Positions 55,928 to 64,000 of a stretch of 64,000 nt of DNA are shown piece after piece. Under the pieces are notes generated by a model. It was given only the letters and a program-made list of their open reading frames with translations, made no database searches and was not told the DNA's origin. Each line of letters starts with the position of its first letter. The first letter of the stretch is position 1. Made by a program: the position numbers and the translations under genes. Origin of the DNA: Bacteriovoracia bacterium (lineage in GTDB: Bacteria > Bdellovibrionota > UBA1018 > JBFWNL01); assembly GCA_050251055.1 (NCBI GenBank), contig JBFWNL010000001.1, positions 747,825 to 811,824 of the forward strand, in the 5' to 3' direction.

Positions 55928-57426
55928 CCGAGAAAAGCACCAAGAAGACGAAGAAGTCGCCGAAAACCAGCTCCACGTTCGTGGAAAACCCCTTTCAAAT
56001 GCCCCACGTGGACGTGGAAGCGGCCCAAAACTCGAACGAGGAGTTAATCTTGGACGAGCCCACGGAAGAAACCATGGACGAGACGACCGGTGACTTGGCG
56101 ACGGACTCAGGACCCGCCTCGGAAGAATTCTCGCCCATCTTCTCGGCCGATGAAGAAGCCCAGCTCAACAAGCTCACCGACGCCATGGTCGAGCAACAGG
56201 CGAAGGACCTAGCCGACGCCGAAGCGGCCGCCACTTCTCTCGAGGAAGAATCCAAGCTCGAGCTCGCCCGCCAGATCGCGGAAGACGAAGCGCTCGAGCG
56301 CCAGCTTGCCGAAGAGCAGAAGCAACTGGACGAAGAAGGCGATGCCGAGCTGCGCGCCGCCCTCCCACAAGCCAACGCCAGCGGAGAGCTGGATCTGATC
56401 GAGATCCAATCGTGCATCGAAACGCTGCTTTTCATGACTGACAAGCCCATGCCGATCAAGAAAATCAAAGCCTACCTAACTGGTGATGCGGGCGAAGCCG
56501 CCGATGTAACGGAAGCCCCGGCCACCGAAATGGCTGAGTCGGCCGAAGCCGCCGCGAGTGAGGACGCCCCGGCCAAGTCTAAATCAAAAAAATCCGACAC
56601 GAACAAAATCAACGCCAAACTGTTCAAGGAAGCCGTTGCCGCCATGAAGGAACGTTACGCGCATCCCGCCCACGGCATGGAACTCGTGGAAGTCGCCGGC
56701 GGGTTGCAGTTCCGCACGAAGCCCGGCCGCGCCGCGCTCGCGCGCCTACTCTCGAAGGTAACTACGCAGCGGCTCTCCCGCGGCGCCATGGAAACACTCG
56801 CGATCATCGCCTACAAACAACCGATGATGAAGGAAGAGATCGACGCGATTCGCGGGGTCGATTCATCCCACTTTATCCGCGGCCTACTCGAAAAGAAGCT
56901 CGTGGAAATCATGGGACGCTCGGACCTTCCGGGCCGTCCGATGCTGTACAAAACCTCGGAACACTTCCTCGAAGTCTTCGGCCTCAATGAGCTGACGGAC
57001 ATGCCGCCCCTACGCGAACTCGAGAAGATGATCCCATCCTCCGAGACCGAGGGCGGCGAAGAAAAGGAAAGCGACGACCCGAAAACGCGCATGCTCCGCA
57101 AGCTCGTGGGCGAGATGCGCTTGAACTCGGATCAGCTGGGCTACAACCCGCAGGAAGACGAGGTCATCCTGCGCGAGATCAAGGAACGCGTGAAGGGCAT
57201 TTCGACTACCACGCCGTACCTGGCCCAGCAGGCCGAGCAGGAAAAGCTAGCCCGCGAAGGCGGGCCCGCTGGCGCGACCGCGACCGATCCGGAAGCCAAC
57301 GCCCACATCGGCGAAGGCGCCCAGCCAGAGCTTTTGGCCTCGGAAGTGGCGCCAGATGCCCAGGCGGAAGCTCCGTCCGAGTCCCTGGACTCCGACGCGG
57401 CCGCTGATCCCGAACTCTCCAACTAA
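55924..57426 (+). CDS. scpB: SMC-Scp complex subunit ScpB with long acidic extensions
   Basis: EVAGGLQFRT, LSRGAMETLAIIAYKQP, IRGVDS, GRPMLYKT. Confidence 0.92.
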   Translation: MTEKSTKKTKKSPKTSSTFVENPFQMPHVDVEAAQNSNEELILDEPTEETMDETTGDLATDSGPASEEFSPIFSADEEAQLNKLTDAMVEQQAKDLADAEAAATSLEEESKLELARQIAEDEALERQLAEEQKQLDEEGDAELRAALPQANASGELDLIEIQSCIETLLFMTDKPMPIKKIKAYLTGDAGEAADVTEAPATEMAESAEAAASEDAPAKSKSKKSDTNKINAKLFKEAVAAMKERYAHPAHGMELVEVAGGLQFRTKPGRAALARLLSKVTTQRLSRGAMETLAIIAYKQPMMKEEIDAIRGVDSSHFIRGLLEKKLVEIMGRSDLPGRPMLYKTSEHFLEVFGLNELTDMPPLRELEKMIPSSETEGGEEKESDDPKTRMLRKLVGEMRLNSDQLGYNPQEDEVILREIKERVKGISTTTPYLAQQAEQEKLAREGGPAGATATDPEANAHIGEGAQPELLASEVAPDAQAEAPSESLDSDAAADPELSN

Positions 57427-57485
57427 TTTAGCCTACTATTCGGCTAGTTCCCCGTCCTTGCCTGTGGTAAGGCTGCCGTACACTT

Positions 57486-58223
57486 ATGGCCACCGAACGC
57501 CTGCAAAAAATCCTATCCCAACTGGGCATCGCATCCCGGCGTGCGGCCGAAGCCATGATCCGAGAGGGCTCCATCACCATCAATGGCCGGCCCGCAAAAC
57601 TAGGAGATAAAGCCGACCTCACCACCGACGCCGTCAAGGTAAACGGCAAGCTACTACGGGCTTCGCAAAAGCAGGAGCGGGTTTGCTACGCCTTCTTCAA
57701 ACCCAAAGGCGTGATCTCTATGATTACGGACGACGCCGAAGGGCGCACCACGATCAAGCATTTCCTGGACACGAAAAAGAACCTTCCTAAAGCCAAACTT
57801 TTCCCGGTCGGCCGCCTGGATTTCAATGGTGAAGGCATCGTGCTGCTCACCAACGACGGTGATCTGGCGGAAAGGCTGCAAAAGTCCGACAAGCTCCCGC
57901 GCGTGTATAAGGTGAAAATCAAGGGTCACCCCACCGAGGCGGACCTCGCTAAGATCCTCAAAGGCGCGAAGCTCGAGAACAAGCTCGTACGCCCCAGCGC
58001 AGTCCACCTGACCGAAAAGCTCACGTCAAAGTCGCAGATTGAGATCACTTTCCTTCAAAGCGGCGCCGTCGACGTGCGCGCTTTCCTACAAACAAAGGGA
58101 TTTCTCGCCGAGAAGATCACGCGCATCGCGCTGGGCGGACTGAGCATCGCGGGCATGAAGACGGGCGATCTCTGGCCGGTAAGCCCCAAGCAGGTCGAAA
58201 AAGCCTTATTGGCCTATGCCTAA
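57486..58223 (+). CDS. rluB: 23S rRNA pseudouridine synthase (RluB/RsuA family)
   Basis: S4 domain ERLQKIL..GIASRR, KPKG, PVGRLD; follows scpB. Confidence 0.85.
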   Translation: MATERLQKILSQLGIASRRAAEAMIREGSITINGRPAKLGDKADLTTDAVKVNGKLLRASQKQERVCYAFFKPKGVISMITDDAEGRTTIKHFLDTKKNLPKAKLFPVGRLDFNGEGIVLLTNDGDLAERLQKSDKLPRVYKVKIKGHPTEADLAKILKGAKLENKLVRPSAVHLTEKLTSKSQIEITFLQSGAVDVRAFLQTKGFLAEKITRIALGGLSIAGMKTGDLWPVSPKQVEKALLAYA

Positions 58224-59556
58224 AGCCCCTCGCCTTCGCGATCCCGTGCTTTGGATCTTTGCGCTCGGGGTGGCTCTACGCGTGTTCATGAGTTTTCGCA
58301 TTCATTTCGGAACCGACGACATCGCGATCTATCATCAAGCGCTGGACCTATATCTCGACGGACACCTCTCGCCGGTGGGTGCGCGGGTCGTATACTCAAA
58401 CACCCAGATCCCGGGCGCCCTGCAGTCGCTGCTCATGGGCCTGCCGCTCTTTTTGAGCGGTGGCATGCCGCAAGGCCCAGCGGTTTTCCTCGCCCTCTGG
58501 AATTCCGCCGCGCTGGCCGTGATTTACGTGTGGGTGCGTGAACTCTTTCCGAGATTGGAGCGCCTCCCGCTCGCGGGGTGGGTTTTTCTCTGTCCGTGGA
58601 GCCTGGCATTTATCGAACTTTGGAACCCAAGCTTCCTCCCCCTTTTTTCGGCGTTGTTTTTTTTCGCCCTTTGGCGGCTGGAGCAGAAACCCGGGAATCA
58701 CTGGGCGGCGCTAACCGCCGCGGCATGCGTAATGGCTTGCCTGCAGCTGCATCTTTCGTTTGTCGTGCTCGCGGCGCTGCTCGGCCTCTGGATATTGCGT
58801 CACTGGCGGAATGCCTCGTGGATGGGGCTCGTAGGCGGTGTCGCTTTGGGTGGCTTGACGTTAGTGCCCTACTTCGCACATCAGTGGGCCTCGGCGCAGG
58901 GAAATCCCTTCCTGGCGGGAAATGTCGTCTTGCATCTCGACCGTGTTCTACAGTGGCCCATGATCTGCCTTCGTTTTCTGGCTTTTTCCACCGGTGAGCT
59001 CACCCGGTTTATTAGCCTCCCGGGCAAAGGCTTCGGTGGAACCCTCAGTCTCGTGACCGAGCACGCCTGGCTCATCCCCCTTTACGTCCTAACCCTGCTC
59101 GGGACGGTGGCGCTGATCGTCTTGGGTGTCTGCGGACTCGGCCGGATGATCCGCTATTGGCGGCTCGTTCCGCATACTCCCGACGAATTCATTGCCACCC
59201 TCGTCCTTGATGCACTGCTTGCGACGTGCGTAGGATTTCTCGTTTCGATCAAGGATCCCTCCGCGCACACGTTTTGGATTCTCTTCCCCCTTTCCTTCCT
59301 GCCCGTAGCCGCGAAACTCGCCTCCCGGCCCATGCAAAAGCGTCGACGTATCCCCGCCTGGGGGATTGCCACGTATTTGGCTGCGTCGGTCCTGTTCCTG
59401 CTGCTGGCGTATCCTAAAGTTCCAACCAATTCCCCATTGCGGGACGCCGTGAGCCTCGCCCGTGGCCACTACCCTCAACCCATCGACACCCTGCCGGGCT
59501 CGGCGGAGGCGCGCGCCGCGGCCGAGGCCCTTTATCGAGTTTGGTCGCGCAGGTAG
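58216..59556 (+). CDS. Multi-TM GT-C-like (ArnT/GT39-like) membrane protein
   Basis: GTDD after TM1, WNPSFLP, QLHLS; about 11 TM helices. Confidence 0.6.
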   Translation: MPKAPRLRDPVLWIFALGVALRVFMSFRIHFGTDDIAIYHQALDLYLDGHLSPVGARVVYSNTQIPGALQSLLMGLPLFLSGGMPQGPAVFLALWNSAALAVIYVWVRELFPRLERLPLAGWVFLCPWSLAFIELWNPSFLPLFSALFFFALWRLEQKPGNHWAALTAAACVMACLQLHLSFVVLAALLGLWILRHWRNASWMGLVGGVALGGLTLVPYFAHQWASAQGNPFLAGNVVLHLDRVLQWPMICLRFLAFSTGELTRFISLPGKGFGGTLSLVTEHAWLIPLYVLTLLGTVALIVLGVCGLGRMIRYWRLVPHTPDEFIATLVLDALLATCVGFLVSIKDPSAHTFWILFPLSFLPVAAKLASRPMQKRRRIPAWGIATYLAASVLFLLLAYPKVPTNSPLRDAVSLARGHYPQPIDTLPGSAEARAAAEALYRVWSRR

Positions 59557-59592
59557 CTCGACAATTGAACGCCCTGCCCCTACACTAGGAGC

Positions 59593-60045
59593 ATGTTCAA
59601 GCTCACCGACCTACGCGTGGAAGATATTCTGCAGTTTAAGACGCCGGCCGCCGTCATGACGATTCTGCCGGAAGCGCCGCTCACGACCGCGGCGAAGATG
59701 ATGCACGAGAAAAATGTAGGTTTACTCGTCGTGGCCGATGCAACGGGCGCGCCCGTGGGCGTGCTTTCAGAGCGCGACATCGTCCGCCGCGCAGTGGTTC
59801 CGGGAAAATCCATGTCCGACACTCCGGTCTCCGCGATCATGACGCCGAAGCCAACCTTTACCTATCCTACCGAAACCATCCCAGAGTGCCTGATGAAGTT
59901 CAACACTTACCACTGCCGCCATCTACCGGTGGCGAAGCCAGGCCATCCGCTTTTGGGTATTATCTCTGAGCGCGACGTGATGAACTTTCTCCTGCAGAAG
60001 TTCCGCGAGGAAAACCTGCTCATCTTTGAAGAGCTCAAGCTCTAG
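59593..60045 (+). CDS. CBS domain-containing protein
   Basis: GVLSERDIV, RHLPV, GIISERD. Confidence 0.9.
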   Translation: MFKLTDLRVEDILQFKTPAAVMTILPEAPLTTAAKMMHEKNVGLLVVADATGAPVGVLSERDIVRRAVVPGKSMSDTPVSAIMTPKPTFTYPTETIPECLMKFNTYHCRHLPVAKPGHPLLGIISERDVMNFLLQKFREENLLIFEELKL

Positions 60046-60058
60046 GCCATTAAACCGC

Positions 60059-61087
60059 TCACCAGCGCCACCAAAAATCCAACCCGAATGACAGCGTGCC
60101 TTCCTTGGTGTTCGGCCGAGAAAAATCTTCGGAAGCCACGCCCAACATCCACGTGAAAGAGTCGTAAACGTAGGCCACGGCCAGGATGCCGCCTAGCGAC
60201 CCTTTACTGAAGTCGAACTGCGGGCCTAGGATCAAACGGTTCCAGTCACCGAACAAGAACGCCACCGAGGTCAGCAGCTTCGGCGACCACCGGTCGTCAG
60301 CGGAGCTTAAAAACGCCACTTTCTCGTGCGGACTTTGGATAATGAGTTTGTAGTAACTAATGAAGCGCGAGTTAGAAATGATGTCGCTCAAAATACCGAA
60401 GCTGCCCTGGAAACGAGGTGCATAGGCATCGTATTCGATGGACCCGATGCCGGCCAAGCGCAGGTCGGCATTCTCGAAAACGGCGTGTTTGAAAGTAAGA
60501 TTCGGTCGACCCACGAAATTCAGAAGCGGCGAGGTCGACACGGTGAGATTCGGTGTCCAACCGTACCCCACGATGCTGGGCCCTACGATCCAATCGCCTT
60601 GGCTCAACGGCGCGGCCGTATGCCGAAACCAAACTCCTTCATAAGCAAAAGGCTCGTAGCGCGCGGAAAGTCCCCTCACGTTTCGATGCATGAGATCAAA
60701 CCGCGGCGGAATCAAGTCGTTACGCGTGGTATGATCGACGGGCAGTACGCAATCCCCTTGGCGGATCAAAGCTTCGCGTTCATGAACCTCGACGTTTAGA
60801 AGCAACACCGAAGGCTCCAGCGCCGACTGCAGGAACGCGACTCCTAGCACGCGACCGGTGTCTTGGTCGGAGATTGCGAAGTAAGGACCGGTGGCCCCCG
60901 GAGCCTGGGTAGACTTCAGGCGCGCACGTAGCGTCGTGGCGGAAACGATTTCCTCGACGAACCCCGGCGCCGGGCATTCGGCGGCGAGAACAAAGGCCGG
61001 CGGGCTAGATAGGATCGCGGCTCCCAGCAGGAGACCACGCCCGCACCGCGAATGCCGCGAATAAAATGAAACGCAAGCACGTAACAT
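60059..61087 (-). CDS. Hypothetical outer-membrane protein
   Basis: Signal peptide; beta-strand pattern; C-terminal FGLDFWWRW. Confidence 0.6.
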   Translation of the reverse strand: MLRACVSFYSRHSRCGRGLLLGAAILSSPPAFVLAAECPAPGFVEEIVSATTLRARLKSTQAPGATGPYFAISDQDTGRVLGVAFLQSALEPSVLLLNVEVHEREALIRQGDCVLPVDHTTRNDLIPPRFDLMHRNVRGLSARYEPFAYEGVWFRHTAAPLSQGDWIVGPSIVGYGWTPNLTVSTSPLLNFVGRPNLTFKHAVFENADLRLAGIGSIEYDAYAPRFQGSFGILSDIISNSRFISYYKLIIQSPHEKVAFLSSADDRWSPKLLTSVAFLFGDWNRLILGPQFDFSKGSLGGILAVAYVYDSFTWMLGVASEDFSRPNTKEGTLSFGLDFWWRW

Positions 61088-61099
61088 TCCGCAGCTATA

Positions 61100-62077
61100 C
61101 TACATTAACCCCAGGGCGGCCAGCTGATGCAGCGCTTGGATGACGACTTGAGGACACTCTTTTTGCGGCAGATGTCCGCATTCCGCGATCGACTGAAATA
61201 CCGCGCCCGGCACCAGGTCCTTGAAAATTCGTCCTTGCTCAAGCGGGATAATCCGATCCGCCTCGCCCCAGAGAATCATCGTTGGTACCCGCAGCTGCGA
61301 GAGGTTTGCGTCCAGGTAATCCTCCGGCGTTTGCGCCGCTAGCCCACCGGCCGTGGGCGCGGACTTCATCCGCTCCACGGCGAGCTTCCATACTTCATCC
61401 GGCAACGGACGGGGCTTGTAGTACGCACGCGCCTGAAACTCTTTCAGTCCTTCCACCGTGGGCTCGCGAAACAGCTTCGCCACCGGATCGTTCGGATCCC
61501 GGGTTGCGGAAAATGCGCGGATCCCCGCTGGGCTCAGTAGAAGCAACCGGCTCGCCAGCGCGGGATGATCCAGCGCAAGCCAGCTCGCTACCCACCCCCC
61601 GAGGCTATTGCCGACGATCACCCGCTCATCGCAGCCCTCTAACTTCGCCAGCGACGCGGATACCGTTTGCGCCAACCGACGCACCCGAAAGTCCTCCGGT
61701 TGCACGGGCGGCGGCGATTTCCCAGCCGCCGGTAAATCCAGCGCCACCAGCCGTACCGGAATCTTCCAAGTCGCGCCTTCTGCCACGAGCAGCCTTCGCC
61801 AAGTGAGACCCTCGTCGGCCATCCCGTGGATCAGCACAACACAGCGGCAGACGGGGGAGGCGGTCGCGGTCTTTTTCGCGCAGTGATTTCTTTCGTAGGC
61901 GTGCAGGCTGCCGAGCTGGATTTCCTGAACTCCGGCTCGCCAAAGCTCGAATTGGCGACGAAGCCCTTCGCGCTCAATCGCGAACCCCCGCCCGAACCAG
62001 GCGTAACCGATGGCCAGCGACGCCACCACGACGATGGCGACTCCGATTTTCAGCTTATGGCGCCGCATAGACGCCAT
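61100..62077 (-). CDS. Alpha/beta fold hydrolase
   Basis: LIHG, GNSLGG nucleophile elbow, WGEAD, GHLP. Confidence 0.9.
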   Translation of the reverse strand: MASMRRHKLKIGVAIVVVASLAIGYAWFGRGFAIEREGLRRQFELWRAGVQEIQLGSLHAYERNHCAKKTATASPVCRCVVLIHGMADEGLTWRRLLVAEGATWKIPVRLVALDLPAAGKSPPPVQPEDFRVRRLAQTVSASLAKLEGCDERVIVGNSLGGWVASWLALDHPALASRLLLLSPAGIRAFSATRDPNDPVAKLFREPTVEGLKEFQARAYYKPRPLPDEVWKLAVERMKSAPTAGGLAAQTPEDYLDANLSQLRVPTMILWGEADRIIPLEQGRIFKDLVPGAVFQSIAECGHLPQKECPQVVIQALHQLAALGLM

Positions 62078-62098
62078 GAATATATCTTATCTTCGCGG

Positions 62099-62533
62099 TT
62101 AAGGCATAGCTTCGTTTAAGAGCAGCCAGTACATCCCAAGTTGTTGAATACTTTCGTCGAATTGCTCAGCGTCAATGGGTTTCACGATGTAACTATTTGC
62201 CCCGCCTTCGTATCCGCGCAGCAGGTCCTTTTCCTCACGACTGGAGGTTAAAATGATTACCGGCAGCAATCGTGTCCTTTCGTCGGCCCGAATCCGCCTT
62301 AAAACTTCGATCCCGTCGACTTTAGGCAAATGTAAGTCCAACAGCACCACCTGGGGAAGGTCCGACGTGCTTCGAGTTGCATACTTACCGGTGCAAAACA
62401 GGTACTCCAACGCTTCTGCTCCGTCCCGGGCGACCACGACCTCGTTCTTCACACGCGCCTTATGAAATGCCCGCTTAGTCAGAGCTTCATCATCCTGGCT
62501 ATCCTCAACCAGCAGAATCGATCGATTTTGCAT
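62099..62533 (-). CDS. Single-domain response regulator (Rcp-like)
   Basis: ILLVEDS, LLDLHLPKVDG, LTSS, ANSYIVKP, YWL. Confidence 0.92.
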   Translation of the reverse strand: MQNRSILLVEDSQDDEALTKRAFHKARVKNEVVVARDGAEALEYLFCTGKYATRSTSDLPQVVLLDLHLPKVDGIEVLRRIRADERTRLLPVIILTSSREEKDLLRGYEGGANSYIVKPIDAEQFDESIQQLGMYWLLLNEAMP

Positions 62534-63959
62534 GAATCTTCCCCTCCGTATTGGAAAGCGTGAAAAAAAATGTCGCACCTTCATCGGGTTTGCTTTCAGC
62601 CCAAATTCTTCCCCCGTGACGATGAATGATTCGTTGGACGGTGGCCAATCCAATCCCGGTGCCTTCGAATTCCTGGACTGTATGAAGGCGCTGAAAGGTT
62701 CCGAAGAGCTTCTGAGCGTACTGCATGTCGAAACCAGCTCCGTTGTCCCTCACAAAATAAACCCCCGGCTCGGGGGAGGCGAATTCGATGCGGGGATCCA
62801 CGCGTTTTCCGGTAAACTTCCAAGCGTTTCGCAAGAGATTGGTCAAAACAATGTGCAGCAGCTGTGGGTCGCCCCTCACGATCACACCCGCTTGCGCCAA
62901 AAAATCCACTTTTCTCTCGGGACTGCCTTGACGCAAATCTTCGATGATCCCCGACGCCATCTCGGACAAATTTGTCGCTTCCTGCTTCATTTCTTTCCGC
63001 GCCAAACTCGATAAATTCAATAAACTATCGATCAAGTTTCCCATTTTTTTTGCGGAGTTCACCACGCGAACCAGCGTCGCCTTCCCTTCTTCGGGAAGGG
63101 CCGATCCGTAATCCTCCAAAACCACGTTACTAAAACCCACCACTCCTCGTAGCGGCGCTCTCAAATCATGCGCCACCGAGTAACTGAACGCCTCGAGTTC
63201 CTTAAGCAAGCTGCGGATTCGATCCGCCATGAAGTTTGCCCGTTTAGCCACTTCTTCTAACTCATCATGGCTATTGATCTGAATGGGAGCGCTAAAATCA
63301 CCCTGACCAAATCTGACCAAGCCCCCGGAAAGCGCCGAAAGCGAACGCAGAATGCTGCGACTGAGGCCAAAGGTCAGCAATATCACCGTGCACATGCAGA
63401 TCACGCTGATGAGGATCAGGCTACGGCCGTTGGTCGCCTGGGTCTTGGAGATGGCCGTAAACGCCTCCAGTAGCTTCCCCCGATCCAGCATCGTCACGTC
63501 CCGCAAAAGCAAACTCACCCGGTTATGTTTGCTCTGCATCGTGTTCATGGCGTCGACCAGGGTCTCCCCCGTTTCTCCGGCGATAAGCCGTCGGGAAACC
63601 GCGTTGGCGTCCGAGTAATACCCCTCCATCGCCGCGGCAAGTTCGGCGGCCCGTTCGGGCCCAACCACACTTCCGGCATTCCGAATCTCCTCCACCAGCG
63701 TTTCCACGATCGCGCGATTAGATTCCAAAGCCTCCGCGTCTTGCGCGGCCACGCTATCCTGCAGGCCGCGACGCACGCGCTCATACCCCCCCTGTAAACG
63801 GGGACCTAGCTCTAAAATTGGGATATAGCGGTCCTGAATTTGCGTCAATTCACGATCCATCCGGGATGCCAAGTAGAGTCCGGTGCCGATCAGGACCAGA
63901 AAAGCTAACGCCGCGGTTCCGACGACGATACCTAACTTCGCGCGAATCGTGATCTTCAT
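62505..63959 (-). CDS. HAMP-domain sensor histidine kinase
   Basis: 2 TM, HAMP, SYSVAHDLRAP, NAWKF, DNGAGFD, GTGIGLA. Confidence 0.94.
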   Translation of the reverse strand: MKITIRAKLGIVVGTAALAFLVLIGTGLYLASRMDRELTQIQDRYIPILELGPRLQGGYERVRRGLQDSVAAQDAEALESNRAIVETLVEEIRNAGSVVGPERAAELAAAMEGYYSDANAVSRRLIAGETGETLVDAMNTMQSKHNRVSLLLRDVTMLDRGKLLEAFTAISKTQATNGRSLILISVICMCTVILLTFGLSRSILRSLSALSGGLVRFGQGDFSAPIQINSHDELEEVAKRANFMADRIRSLLKELEAFSYSVAHDLRAPLRGVVGFSNVVLEDYGSALPEEGKATLVRVVNSAKKMGNLIDSLLNLSSLARKEMKQEATNLSEMASGIIEDLRQGSPERKVDFLAQAGVIVRGDPQLLHIVLTNLLRNAWKFTGKRVDPRIEFASPEPGVYFVRDNGAGFDMQYAQKLFGTFQRLHTVQEFEGTGIGLATVQRIIHRHGGRIWAESKPDEGATFFFTLSNTEGKIHAKSIDSAG

Positions 63960-63967
63960 GGAGGAGC

Positions 63968-64000
63968 TTACTTAATGCTCACCATCTTTATGCCGTTGGC
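63968..64000 (-). CDS. 3' end of an upstream gene (truncated by window edge)
   Basis: Minus strand ...ANGIKMVSIK* ending 8 nt before the kinase ATG. Confidence 0.35.
   Translation of the reverse strand, partial: ANGIKMVSIK

Noticed and set aside
1-64000. CRISPR array, IS element, rRNA, riboswitch
   Set aside because: No regularly spaced repeats, transposase motifs or recognisable RNA family seen by eye; a computational scan was not possible.

Overview
GC-rich bacterial chromosomal window. Gene content (TIGR02147/DUF4423 regulator, Cys-rich prepilin, vWA lipoprotein, many orphan secreted proteins, sigma28/sigma54 promoters) suggests a Bdellovibrionota/Oligoflexia-like organism; this is inference. 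1-13.3 kb: surface-glycan modification cluster (SxtJ-like protein, carbamoyltransferase, two Gfo/Idh/MocA oxidoreductases, methyltransferase, SGNH hydrolase, GT-B protein, fcl, antiporter, GT2, DegT-GT2 fusion). 13.4-27.2 kb: mostly secreted or membrane proteins plus mgtE, an exported Shewanella-like phosphatase beside an exported FGE-domain/atypical kinase, a sigma54-driven 924-aa orphan, a PLD-CBM20 fusion, tRNA-Val(CAC) and a pilin-like gene. 27-40 kb: tldD/tldE, a metal-uptake operon without an ATPase, MFS, OM proteins and an unannotated 41-aa basic protein. 40-48 kb: TIGR02147 locus with a three-copy candidate operator (TTG[A/T]CTACAA) next to secreted Cys-rich proteins and an HEXXH lipoprotein, then a secreted SelO-like protein under a sigma28 promoter. 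48-64 kb: housekeeping (ABC-F, trpS, M50 protease, xerD, scpAB, rluB, CBS, hydrolase, two-component pair). No CRISPR array, IS element or prophage was recognised. All family assignments come from motif reading, not database searches.
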